From Octopus sinensis (lineage: Eukaryota), in NCBI RefSeq assembly GCF_006345805.1, contig NW_021833064.1, positions 1 through 64,000 on the forward strand: DNA of 64,000 nucleotides, read 5' to 3'. A program made the position numbers and the translations under genes. Numbering within the stretch: position 1 is the stretch's first letter; each line of letters opens with the position of its first letter. Below, piece after piece: positions 12,560 to 25,199 of the stretch. The notes beneath the pieces were generated by a model. That model worked only from the letters and a program-made list of their open reading frames with translations, was not told where the DNA came from and searched no databases.

Positions 12560-13004
12560 AAAATGATTTTAAATTTTAACATAATTTAAAATTAAAATTG
12601 AAATAACTTAAATTTTCCATTGAATCCCATAAAATAATTTATAAGTAGACCTTAATAGAAAAAGTAAAATCAATGAATACTGAACGCTAATTTGGTTTAG
12701 GTTGTGAAGGGGGTAATAATTTGACAGATCTCATTGCTATTTCTCGTTTCAATCTCTAAAATTAAGTCTTCTAATCACAAATGAACTGTGCAGACAGGCT
12801 TGCTCCTTCAGAAGATTCTTGTTTTGACATTTTAATACAATATGAAGCATTTAGAATTTTTTTTCATTATTCTAAAATATCAATTATTAATTTTAAAATA
12901 TTATTTTTATTTATGAAATCGGTTTTAAAGCACATTCTGCTTTGGCATCGATTTTAATTTTTGTAATTGAATATATTTAAACGCAAATACCAGCTCAGGT
13001 ATTT
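12560..13004 (+). repeat. Internal repeat segment with a diverged second copy at about 54630-55074
   Basis: Collinear match, e.g. GAACTGTGCAGACAGGCTTGCTCCTTCAGAAGATTCTTGTTTTGACATTTT in both copies. Confidence 0.9.
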
Positions 13005-14253
13005 TGGAGTATTTTGCATTGTGCCATCCAGCCCCAGCCTAATTCCTACCATCAGTCGAATAATGGAAAGGGTAATGTTTGAACGACTCTCTGAACACGT
13101 CGAGAGAAATGGTTATCTCAAAGACGTGCAGTGGGGCTTTCGGAGGGGTCGTTCCTGTGCTGACTGTCTTTATACACTCAATTCGTCGATTGTAAAGGCT
13201 CTGGATTTCAAAGAGTGTCTGACAATTGTGTCTCTAGACATCTCAAAAGCCTTTGATATGGTTTGGCACCTCGGTCTCCTTAGACATCTGGCGAAGTGTC
13301 ACATAGACAAAGGACTATTCCTATGGCTAAAAGACTTCCTCCGCGACAGGCGCTCTGTGATAAGCTTTCTGAACTATGACTCGGATGAACTGAAACTTAA
13401 AAGAGGCGTCCCTCAAGGATCAGTCCTCAGTCCTCTATTATTCAACATTGTGATGAGCAATCTGCCGTCTCCTGTCAACACACGGACGGAAATTTTGATA
13501 TACGCCGATGATGTTGTAATCCTTGACATTTCATCGAAACCTGCCTTATCCGAACAAAGGATTATATCATATATGAATACAGTGGAGCAATGGTGCGATG
13601 AAAATATGTTCATTATTGCGCGTGAGAAGTCCGCATTACTGAGAATCACAGAAAGCAGAAATTTAATAAATTTACCGTGCCTGATCAAGAACATACCTCG
13701 ACAAAACTCAATTAAATATCTTGGCTTGTTCATCGATGAAAAGGGAAACTATCTCGAAAACGCAAAATTAAGTAAAAGGAAAGCAACTAATGCTCTGTTC
13801 TGCCTGAGGAAGTTAAATTTGGAGCCTGATACTTTCCTCTACGTTTTCAATACGGTGATCCTACCGGGACTACTATACGGAAAAGAGGGATGGTACTTCT
13901 CTAAAAAGAAGGACACCATCTTAACTAAATTTGAAAAGTCTCGCAGGCTCGCTTTGAAGCTTGCTTACCACCAAAAAGTTGAAGATCCAATCCCCCTGTG
14001 GCTTGAAAGTAAATCCTCCATGGTCGGTGAAACTGTCGAAAAAGCTATAAGTGGTTATAAATCCAACTCAATTGTCACTGGGACGTACCTGCAGAGGTAG
14101 AAAAGAAAAAAAAAAAAAAAAAAAAAAAAAATTTACTTGAGGGGGTCTCTTTTTTTTTCTGGGAAGAAGTCGATAGGGTAGTCCTATTGTTTCATTATAC
14201 AAACTCCCCCCTAACCTTTAACCCTTCTCTGTTTCCAATAAAACTTCCTATTC
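13005..14253 (+). mobile_element. 5'-truncated Jockey/I-group LINE (RT to 3' end)
   Basis: RT motifs LDISKAFD, GVPQGSVLSP, YADD; stop at 14100 followed by an A-run, AATAAA and a CCTATT tail; TSD CTCAGGTATTT (12994-13004, 14254-14264). Confidence 0.9.
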
Positions 14254-14268
14254 CTCAGGTATTTGTCA

Positions 14269-16799
14269 CCCATTTTGACATTTCATCGAAACAATCGACG
14301 TCCTTCTGGAAAAAGGGTGGGTAACAATCGGAGGGATGTACTCAAAATCCCTTTCCAATTACTCATCGCTTATCAAGGACTTTTTTGCCGATAAACACAA
14401 TCATTTGTCAATACTCCTCGGGGATCTAAATGCCAAATGCACATCTTTTGGCTGTCTGAGAACCAACAGGGATGGCATCATTCTTAAGAAGCTTTCAGAA
14501 TCTCTCAGTTTCTCGGTCATCACATCAAAAACCCCAAATCATTACTCACCAGGAGGGTGGGACTATTTGGGCGTAGCATTGGTCTCTATGTCTACTCTTC
14601 AATTTATGGAACAACCGTACACCTTAAATGATATTGGAAGTGACCATCTACCAATTTTATACAAACTCAACCTTGGACCTTTAAAGGGTAAACCAACTTT
14701 TATACGATATAACCTCTCGACTATAAACTGGGAACACTACCGAAAATGTTTTACACTTTATCTGAGCAATTTCGCTCCTAAACTTGACGAAAATCTTCAT
14801 CTGAGGACCTCGAGAAGTCTAGCAATTCCCTTATTGGATACATAAAGTCTTATCTGGAAACATATTCTACAAAAATCGTCTCAAACAATAGGAAAACTCA
14901 CATGCCAAACATGAATGTTGAAATCCTACTAAGGAAAAAACAATGTCTAAGGAACAAACTCCGGCGCTGCGCAGATTTTCGTGACCGGTCCGTTTTGGAA
15001 AGTGAAATCTTCACCATTACGGAAGAAATAAGAAAATCGGCGAAGGTGGCGAAGGATAAAAAATGGAATACTGAGTGCAAAAAGCTACATAAAGGAAGTC
15101 CAAATTTTTGGAAGGTCTACTCGAAATTAACCTCGACGTCTGAGAAAACTATACCTAAACTGCTAAAACAAGATGGATCCCCTGCATCTCATGAAGAAAT
15201 CCCGAACATATTTGCTGATAGTCTCAAAAGAATACAAGAAGTCAATCCGGATACAAATCTATCTGATTCAGCTTTGTTTGATATGGAAAAAGAGTTGGAA
15301 GACAATCTTAGCTCATTACCAATGTGCTCGGAATCTATAACGTGCAAAGACGTGGAAAATGCAGTTAGATACTCCAAAAATAACGCTCCGGGAAAGGACA
15401 AGATAACCATGCGCATGTTCAAAGAAGCTCCCAAGCAACTTTACGAATATTTGGGATGTCTCTTCTCCCGCAGTGTGAGCTTGGGATACGTCCCTTCTTC
15501 ATGGAAACTGACGGAGGTAAGGATGATACGGAAGCCTGGAAAACCTGGTTACTTGGCGACAAGTTATAGGCCTATAAGCCTAATTCCTACCATCAGTCGA
15601 ATAATGGAAAGGGTAATGTTTGAACGACTCTCTGAACACGTCGAGAGAAATGGTTATCTCAAAGACGTGCAGTGGGGCTTTCGGAGGGGTCGTTCCTGTG
15701 CTGACTGTCTTTATACACTCAATTCGTCGATTGTAAAGGCTCTGGATTTCAAAGAGTGTCTGACAATTGTGTCTCTAGACATCTCAAAAGCCTTTGATAT
15801 GGTTTGGCACCTCGGTCTCCTTAGACATCTGGCGAAGTGTCACATAGACAAAGGACTATTCCTATGGCTAAAAGACTTCCTCCGCGACAGGCGCTCTGTG
15901 ATAAGCTTTCTGAACTATGACTCGGATGAACTGAAACTTAAAAGAGGCGTCCCTCAAGGATCAGTCCTCAGTCCTCTATTATTCAACATTGTGATGAGCA
16001 ATCTGCCGTCTCCTGTCAACACACGGACGGAAATTTTGATATACGCCGATGATGTTGTAATCCTTGACATTTCATCGAAACCTGCCTTATCCGAACAAAG
16101 GATTATATCATATATGAATACAGTGGAGCAATGGTGCGATGAAAATATGTTCATTATTGCGCGTGAGAAGTCCGCATTACTGAGAATCACAGAAAGCAGA
16201 AATTTAATAAATTTACCGTGCCTGATCAAGAACATACCTCGACAAAACTCAATTAAATATCTTGGCTTGTTCATCGATGAAAAGGGAAACTATCTCGAAA
16301 ACGCAAAATTAAGTAAAAGAAAGCAACTAATGCTCTGTTCTGCCTGAGGAAGTTAAATTTGGAGCCTGATACTTTCCTCTACGTTTTCAATACGGTGATC
16401 CTACCGGGACTACTATACGGAAAAGAGGGATGGTACTTCTCTAAAAAGAAGGATACCATCTTAACTAAATTTGAAAAGTCTCGCAGGCTCGCTTTGAAGC
16501 TTGCTTACCACCAAAAAGTTGAAGATCCAATCCCCCTGTGGCTTGAAAGTAAATCCTCCATGGTCGGTGAAACTGTCGAAAAAGCTATAAGTGGTTATAA
16601 ATCCAACTCAATTGTCACTGGGACGTACCTGCAGAGGTAGATAAGAAAAAAAAAAAAAAAAAAAAAAAAAAATTTACTTGAGGGGGTCTCTTTTTTTTTC
16701 TGGGAAGAAGTCGATAGGGTAGTCCTATTGTTTCATTATACAAACTCCCCCCTAACCTTTAACCCTTCTCTGTTTCCAATAAAACTTCCTATTCCTATT
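14269..16799 (+). mobile_element. Longer copy of the same LINE (APE C-half + RT), with frameshifts
   Basis: ORFs 14336-14845 (GDLNAK, GSDHLP), 14902-16347 and 16359-16640; 15577-16796 nearly identical to 13036-14255; flanked by AGGTATTTGTCA (14257-14268, 16800-16811). Confidence 0.9.
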
Positions 16800-17298
16800 A
16801 GGTATTTGTCAATTTATAAATTTTTTATTGACAAAATCAATTTTTTTTCTAATTTGATGTTGGCGTTTCATTAACGGCGTGTTTCATAAACGGACTGTGA
16901 CATCTTTTGATAAAAAAGAAATTTAATTTAACTAAAATTAGGCACGTTTATTAATTTCTCTTTTGTTACTTTGATGTTTGCACACTTTTTATAGCTAGAT
17001 AAAAATATATGTTGTACCTTCCGCAATGGAAGATCCCAATTGGCTTAATGAAGACTTTCTAGTCATTAATTAATTTTCTACAGTAGCTAGCATTAAATCT
17101 ATTTCAGGATATATAATAAATTAACGACACATGTGACATAACTTGGGGTAAATATTTTCGAGTATTCTCCAAGCTAAAATATAAACCCGAACAGTTTCCG
17201 CACCTTCGCCTGCAGCACTCTCGCCTATTCCACCCAAAAGTTGGTCATGGGACGATCATATGATGGATTCAAGTTGGGAATGCTCCTTTACCATATGA

Positions 17299-17385
17299 TG
17301 TACGAAAGTGAAAGAAAGCCCAAATTGACTAAACTACCAATTCGCGTCATCCAAGTCAGGATGGGGGTCTCTAGTGTTAGGTCTG
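17299..17385 (+). pseudogene. Duplicated fragment of the Lhx homeobox including the 26-nt intron
   Basis: CCAATTCGCGTCATCCAAGTCAGGATGGGGGTCTCTAGTGTTAGGTCTG identical to about 11508-11556; internal deletion of about 27 nt upstream. Confidence 0.9.
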
Positions 17386-17994
17386 ATTTAGTGGAATCTT
17401 CATCTTCCCCGAAGAAACTGCAATTGTCACTACGGCCACCCTACACATTCACTTTGATATCACTGACACGTGCAAACAAGTTTACTTCGCACTCCTCCAA
17501 CGCGATACCCACACCAGACCGGGTGTCGACCGAATATGTCAGTTTGAGTGGATAGAGTAACCGATTCCTCACCATTCTCCTTAAAAAAGTTACTTTATCC
17601 TGCCTTCGACAGTCCTTCAGTCACAGAGACAGAACTCCGGGCCAAAGATAATGGTCGTGACTGACATTCCACGATGAATAATTTGCTATCAATTCAGCAG
17701 TCGTCTGTTGGGAATCTTCTGCAAAGTCGACCCCTCCCTTTCCAAAGGCAGAAGAGACAGCCGTAAATACCTTAATTAATCGCGAATGTGAGTGCTAAGG
17801 GAAACGCATCTGCGAATCCAGCCAACAAAGCATCGCCAAATTGTTCAATTTTTGAGACCCCATCTGTGTCTATCAAATTAATTTTGAGGTGAATACATTT
17901 TTTGATCATTTGTTTCGTTTTTTTGTTCTTCTAGATTCTAGAAGAATTTTTTTGTATTGTATAGCCATTAAGTCAGACCGCACTTATGTTTGGC

Positions 17995-18069
17995 AAAGTA
18001 CGCTGAGGGCCGCACCTATGTCTTTCGAGGGCCACATGCGGCCCGCGGGCCGCATGTTTGACACCCCTG
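17995..18069. mobile_element. Buster-type hAT/MITE terminus
   Basis: GCGGCCCGCGGGCCGC subterminal palindrome and GTTTGACACCCCTG TIR followed by TTCTAGAA. Confidence 0.65.
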
Positions 18070-18539
18070 TTCTAGAACAAATCCACGAAAAAAATTATTG
18101 TTGAGATAATGCTCTTTGCAGAAGGAGATTTTTTGTACTCAAGCAAAGCATCATTTGTCAAGTCATAAGTGAGTGCAACATATGAAGTTTGCTCTGCCAC
18201 TGAAACAGTTTGACGATTCGAGCCATTTACCTAATGAAAGGTTTCAACTCGATTTAATTGATCTTAAAGTTTGTTAGTTATTATTGTAGAATCAAAATGA
18301 TTGTCTTTAGGATACACATATTCAAAATTATATGAATTGGGTTAAAAAAATACACGATTTAATTATAAAAGTTATAAAAACTATCAAAAATAGTGATCAT
18401 TATAAAACATGTCAAATTACAAAAAGATAGGCGTTCAATGACTTATTTGCCCTACGGTATTCTATCATAAAAAAATTATGAAAAACAAACAGAACAGACC
18501 ATTGTCAGACTCTCCAATTTTGGTTATGAGCCGGTTTTA

Positions 18540-20820
18540 TTGTCTTTTTTTTGGTTGAATTTTGTAGCGGTTATTTCTGATTGGCATTGCCGGGCATGTC
18601 TCCAACCAGATAATGAAACAAACTCTACCATACGCTACCCTGCTCCGCTAGACCATCAGGAAATACTTGAATTGATCTCAAACCTGACACATACACGAAG
18701 ACTCCTGACAGGATTCCCAAAGCTGCCCATATATCTGTCACAGACTGTCTATGTGAGTGTATCGAAAGGGCAGTTTCTTTGGACGACTCTGAGGATTGGT
18801 TACGAATATTTTGCTTCGCTCAATACACACTATGCATACCCCATAGGAGGGCGAAAGAAGACGTCATTAGTAAAGGAGAATGTCCGCACATTCTTTTCAA
18901 GAAACCTATTGACAGACTCAGAAAAGCTCACCTACAAATCCCAAAACTATGAGAAGCCAACATCGACTATTTCGGACACTCAGAGATTAAGAAGTGCGAT
19001 CTGTCGAAAACTTTTGGAAGATGAAATCCGTGCTGCTGTGAGGACCCTTGCAGATCAATACCCGCATAATTGATTTGTCTGAACATTCCTACGCATCACT
19101 TGTTGAGCGCCACCCAAGTCCCCCAAACGACCACCGGATCCCTCCTTGCCCAGGACAATTACCCAATCTACTTGTCTCTGAAAAAGACGTAAAAGATGGG
19201 ATTCTCTACTTCGTCCCGAGCAGCAGTGGTGGACTAGATGGGCTCCGTCCGAGTCACCTCAAAGATCTTATTGCTCGTAACACTGGCAACTCTGGGGTCC
19301 GGCTCGTGCTGGCTATCACCAAACTAATAAATATGATACTATCAGGGACACTACCAGAAACAATTCGACACGTAATGTTCTTCGCCAAATTAATCGCATT
19401 CAACAAGAAGGGAGGGGAATACGCTCGATTGCTGTTGGCCTGGTATTTTGTCTGTTGACTTTAAAGCTTGTAGACAGGGCGATCCTGTCTACGTTGATTA
19501 CACAATTACAACCAGCCCAAATAGGGGTCGGCACACCGGGGGGTTATAAAGCGACAGTTCATGCTGTCCGAACATTCACCGAAAAGAACGAGAAACTCCT
19601 TTCGTAATCATCAAAATTGACATTAAAAATACCTTCAACTCGATTCGACGTGATACAATTCTGGAGGATTGCTTCACATACTACCCATCAGTATACAGCT
19701 ACAATAGCTCATATGGAAAACCATCCAGTCTGGTACACGGCCAATATCACATCCCATCGTCTTCTGGAGTCCAACAAAGAGACCCACTGGGGCCTGCCTT
19801 GTTCAGCCTGGGAATTGCCCGTGTCACAAGATATTGCTCCACTTCCCTGAGGGTATGGTATTTCGATGATTGCACTATGGGCGGCCATCCGAAGGATGTA
19901 CTAGACTGCCTGAAAAGTCTGATAGCCCAATTGAAATCCCTATGCCTAACCCTAAACACTAATAAGTGTAAATACCTGATTCTTGATACATTTAGAAAGA
20001 TCATCCCTAAAGCCACAGAAACCAAATAAAAACAACTTGAAATACTTGGATGCCCTCTCACTGGTGCAGGAATCAGTAACATTCTAATAACAAAATAACA
20101 TCAACTAAAAACAACATTCAGACGTCTGGAGATGCTGGACGCATACCTCTCCATTCCTGCTAAAAAACGCCTTGTCAGCACAGAAACTGAATTACGTTCT
20201 TCGGGGTGCACCCTGCAACCTGAAAATGGAACAGCTCAACGATATTGATTGTCTCTTCCGGACCACCATTGAACGTATCACTAATGTGAAATTCGACGAC
20301 CAAGGGTGGGACCAAGCGACCCTACCCGTTAATTTGGGCGGACTGGGAATCCCTTCACCGAAAAATCTAGCTTGCCCCGCATATCTGTCCTCTTTTGACT
20401 CCAGTCGACTGCTGATCAGAATGATTCTTCAACTTCAAACAGAATCATCTGAAATCACAGACATGAAGCATTCGCGGGGGATGATGCCTGAGCAGAAAGA
20501 TCGTTACAGGACCATCTGCGTGGATAAATATGAGAGGCTTCTGAACCAATCAAACCAACACAGACATCTAGTAACTGGAAGATGGGAATCGAATGGAGTT
20601 TGAATCAACGCACTCCTGTTGGTAGTGTCGGAACCCACCTTGACGACGATACTGTCTGCATCGGCATCAGTACCAGACTTGGACTGGAGATTTGCCGGAC
20701 TCACAAATGCCGATGTGGCGCCACCATCGATTGCTATGCCCTCTCTTGTAGAAGAAGTGCAGGACGATTCCCAAGACACAAGGCGATCAACAAAATTGTC
20801 AAGCGAGCCCTAGATCGCAG
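18540..20820 (+). mobile_element. Decayed CRE-like retrotransposon (RT to Zn-knuckle)
   Basis: SSGGLDGLRPSHL, GVQQRDP, WYFDDCT, ATLPVNLGGLG, CRCG..HKAIN spread across shifted frames. Confidence 0.85.
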
Positions 20821-21199
20821 TTTATAGAATTTTCTCACAAAACCGTTTCATATTCATACCAATGATACTGTAATTACCTTTGCATTGTGGATTATTCTCA
20901 GTTCACTAGCAAGCATGTCGTACGTATGGCGCTTTTCTACCTCAATTTTCTTTAAAACGATTTATCTCATTTTGTCGTGTCCGGCTTGTTATTCTCAACT
21001 TCTTATCTGTATTCATTGTCGTGAAAATACGAATCTCCATATAGTTATTTGCAGCCACTGACTTAACAAAATAAGTTTAACCCCATACTAAACAGGATTA
21101 GCACTAAACTAATTGAAATCAATAGAAAATCAAGTGGAATCAATAACAAACTAAGTGGGACTAACAGTAAATTAAGTGAATTCAGTAAATTAAGCGGAT

Positions 21200-21420
21200 T
21201 GTGGTCGAGACAACTGGAGGAATAAGCAGGAAATCGCCTCGCTTCCTAAAGAAACTTGGACGCTTAGCCACATTAAAAACCACGACACACGTGAGACCCA
21301 GTGGCTTTCCAATTGATCTCTGTTGCTATCTTGAGAGGCAACGCAACGTCGATAATGTCGACGGGGTCCACCGGATGGATGGCTGTGTTAACTTTTAATT
21401 ATATCTGTTTTTCAAATAAT
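21200..21420 (+). mobile_element. CRE-like 3' end fragment
   Basis: VETTGG..FLKKLG, ISVAILRGN. Confidence 0.7.
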
Positions 21421-21439
21421 ATCAATCGTTTGAGTTCGG

Positions 21440-21778
21440 CAATCTCTGTTATGGGATGCGACGTGTTCAGACACTTTCTCGGAGCTCAACCTTCCTTCTT
21501 CAGCTGTCGAGGCTGGCTCAGTCTCTCGCAAAACCGAGAAGATGAAGATTGGAAAGTACAAGGAGCTCTCTGAACGGTATCTGTTCACTCCCATCGCCGT
21601 CGAGACTTCCGGCGTCATCGGAGAAAAGTCTCTTTCCTTTCTAAAAAAGCTTGGCCGCATGATCTCCCATAAACGGGGAGACCCACGCGAGTCCAAGTGG
21701 CTTTTCGAAAGGATTTCCTTGGCCATAGTGCGTGGAAACTGTGTTTCCATTTACGAGGCCGGAAATTTAGTTAGTTAA
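21440..21778 (+). mobile_element. CRE-like 3' end fragment
   Basis: KYKELSERYLFTPIAVETSG..WLFERISLAIVRGN. Confidence 0.85.
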
Positions 21779-22469
21779 TAACTATTTGTTAATTACATAT
21801 AACTTTGAATATCAATCGTTACTAAAAAAATAAAATTTTATTTTCGAGGTTTTTTGTGGTTTTCTCAAGGTTACAGCGTTTCACTTTAGTCACGTGTTTC
21901 ATCCATTGATAGATAACTCCGAAAACTCTCCAAAATGAGACACGGATGAAAAAAAGTGGCTGGAAATTCTCGAAAAAAACATTGTACTGTTATAACAGGG
22001 CTGTACATTCATTTTCAAATCAGAGTCGTTTCGAAAGATATCGAGGGGTAAGCGGAATAAACACAGTTGATGCAGGTTATAATTATCAAATTATGTTTTA
22101 AGAAAATATTAAAAATCAATTGAAAATTCAGAGATTTGTTCAAATTTAGACTCAATTGAAAATTCAAGTATTTTAGCTTTGAATTTATTTTTAGGCAATT
22201 CTAATTATAAGTCCAAAAAATTCAAATTTGATTTAAATCCGATTTTTCGAAACTCAGCCTACTATAAGGCAATGAAAAGAAAAATCAATGTCCACAATAG
22301 TAAATATAAATTTAGTGTCGGAGATAAAGTTTAGATAAAAAAATATACATAGGTTCGAGTTAAAAAAAGATTATGGAACAAACCATTCGTTGCGGTTGGA
22401 TAAATTCGAGTCTCCATTCTATCCGGACGCTGAAATAATTAACATTTTATCAAATAATTGAGGTAAACC

Positions 22470-22991
22470 CCTCTGGATTGCACTTATTATCGTGTCAGAG
22501 GAGCTCCGGACGCTTTCCCTGACACGCTGCCCTGAACGACATAGTCAAGCGGACTCTTGAAACTGCCGGATTCCCATCACAGTTGGAACCGGTCGGCCTG
22601 GTTCGGGAGAATGGTAAACGTCCTGACGGCCTAACGACTTTCCCTTCGAAAATGGCAAGTCGCTCATCTGGGATGCAACTTGCACGGACACCTTCTCTGC
22701 CGGAAACATCCTTACGTCAGCCCAAAGCCAGGCTCCGCAGCTAACCAGGCAGAAATGATAAAAATCAAGAAATACAGTGCATTATCGCACCGTCATATCT
22801 TTTCCCCGATCGCAGTGGAAACTTCGGGAGTCCTCGGTCCCAGAACTAAAAAATTCCTTATTAAACTGGGGGACCTGGCAAGCAGAAGGAGAAATGATCA
22901 TCGGGAACGAACATGGCTTTTCCAACGCATATCAATAGCCATCTTGCGTGGGAATTGCCATTATATCTTATCCTCTGCTGCTGCTAATTAA
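22470..22991 (+). mobile_element. CRE-like RLE domain fragment
   Basis: [36 protein letters not shown]. Confidence 0.85.
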
Positions 22992-23479
22992 ATATCTATT
23001 AACACTTTTTATCATTAATTGTTACAGTAAATAGAGATACCAGGAAATAGCGATCCGAAGTAAAATAATTATAAAATTTTATATTGTCCAAATAGAGAAA
23101 TCTATAAAGACAAATACTGTGCAGGACGATTTTTTCGTTAATTTGATAATTTTATAAATTAATAAATAGCTTACTACAAAATCTGCTTTAAATCGTACAG
23201 GAATAATGAAAATATTTGCTTAAGAATAGATTCGTTTATTGTTTGAATTGTTAATTTTTTTAAATGTTTAAATGACGCTTTTGTTAACAATTTAGTCATT
23301 TTCGCGTGTTAAATCTTTATGGAGTGGTATTTTAGTTTCGATTTCATTTTATTTAAACAAAAATGAAAATATGGAAAAGTAATTCAAATTCTTTTTTTTG
23401 AAATAGCAAATAGTTGTCTATTTTCGATTGCAATCATAAAAGAACAAAAATTAAGATATAAAGAAGTTTATTCCGAAAC

Positions 23480-24170
23480 AAAATTTTTATAGTTTTCCAA
23501 CGATAGCTAGTCTATTAATATCGATCTCGTAAGGGGCCTCATGATTGATCAACATATTCGTCGAACTAATTTGGACCCTGTCGTGCTGTAAAATCCCAAC
23601 GACAGTATATTCAGTACAATCCAAATGTTCGTGGAATGGTCGACGGCGTGTTGTTGTATTCGTATCTGTGTCGGTTGTGGATGACACTTTCGTCCCCAGA
23701 GGAAAGTCAAGGATATCATCACCACTATTTTGATCGCTGTAATATCTTAGGTCACAAGATCGATAATCAGCCTTTCTCGTGAAAACTTGGCAATTAATGG
23801 AGTAATTTGTCTCCTGGTTGCGAGCGTACGACGAGCTATGCAAGTTGTACATGCACTTAGAACATGATTCACATGTTCTATGCTAATTCCATTATGCCAA
23901 GTTCTTCATATGATTGAATAATTTATCTCGACCTGGATGCCCCGTATCAGGTGACACAACCGGACATAATCATAAAGTTGTTCTTGTTCTTCAACAGTAA
24001 AAAATCGGACAAAATGATCACTCCACTTTTAACATAAGATTCGGCGGAAAGTGAATAAACTTACTCGCCCGGAGCCTGAAGGAACGAATTTCATTGGCGG
24101 TACTGAGTGTTGACGGTAAATTCGCATTGACTAGATAATCAATAATCTGATCCCTTTCATAATTGCACAT
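23480..24170 (-). pseudogene. Decayed integrase gene (H2C2 zinc domain; catalytic core deleted)
   Basis: CH..GHPGRDKLFNH..VLSACTTC on the minus strand. Confidence 0.6.
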
Positions 24171-24421
24171 CGATAGATATCCCATGCTCAAATAAAAAAT
24201 TATTATTTTTTTGCAAAAAATAAAAACATTTTCAAAAATAAAAATGATTATTACTAATAGACATATAAATTGCTTATTTATTTATATTTGAATACTATGC
24301 GCTCTATTTACTACGGATCGCTATTTCCTGGAATCCCTATTTACTGCGACATTAATTTTTTAATAATCAATCATCTCAAAAAAAATCGAGGTAAATCAAT
24401 CATTTTATTTAATAGATAAAT

Positions 24422-24860
24422 GGCCCTCTTGGCTGAAGAGTATGCCCTGGATACTGGAATTCAGCCGTCGTGGGTTCGAATCCAGAAGAGGCTACTTTGG
24501 AGTCGGGGTTAATCTCGTCGAAGTTCCTTTGCCCGTGAGGTGACGAGTACATCTGGCACGACAAGTATGTCAAAAAGGGATCTCCTTCCTATCCGGCCTT
24601 AGAAAGGCGTTACGTGGTCCACCAAATTCACTTGGAGATTTCGACTGGATTTGGAAACGCCGAGGGGGCACCTAATGCTCACCGAAAAAGGACCAATAGC
24701 TCTCCTACCCCCTGGGACATCGTCGTCGCAGGACGATGCACTTTGCATAGGATTGAACCTTTCCGGAGGATCTCCGTCAAAGTGCGTCGGGATCACATGC
24801 TAATTAGTTCGGTCTTAACTGTGGTCTTGGTGTTTAATAAATAAATAAAAATAAATAAAA
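24422..24860 (+). mobile_element. tRNA-derived SINE (diverged subfamily)
   Basis: TTGGCTGAAGA, GGGTTCGAATCC, shared TCTGGCACGACA core, AGGATTGAACCTTTC, (AATA)n tail. Confidence 0.8.
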
Positions 24861-25199
24861 TGCTAAAGGAGAGATATGGACGGTACCAATGGCAAGACTA
24901 AAAAAATGATTAATTTTAATATTTTTTGTTAAAATGCATTATTCCTTCAACTTATTCAATGATTAAAATAGTATGATTTGTTCAAGGTAAAATGTAACCA
25001 GTTGCCAATGCGTATCAGCCGCCCATGTCACAAAATGCAACGTGCTAATATGTCGATGTGTGCTCCACCTGGACAAGAACAAAATAACAATATTATTTCT
25101 AGAGCAGGATGGACAACCGCATCGAAGAGGCAGACGTCCGATGGCAAGAACATAATGATGTTAGGTGTGCATCTTAGTTTTCCAAAAGTCATTAAAACC

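Larger units (their letters stand above)
12349..16902. mobile_element. Ginger/TDD-like non-autonomous DNA element (TGT..ACA) carrying nested LINEs
   Basis: About 55-bp imperfect TIR TGTCACAGTCCG..GCCGTTAATGAAACGCCAACATCAAATT at both ends; 5-bp TSD TCTTT (12344-12348, 16903-16907). Confidence 0.75.

Noticed and set aside
13413-16274. Antisense ORFs 13413-13733 and 15954-16274, and similar shadow ORFs elsewhere
   Set aside because: Reverse-frame shadows of RT coding sequence.
17400-17830. GC-richer stretch after the homeobox fragment
   Set aside because: No recognisable motif or consistent frame on either strand.
24422-24495. SINE heads as true tRNA genes
   Set aside because: No complete cloverleaf or immediate terminator; each continues into a shared body and tail.
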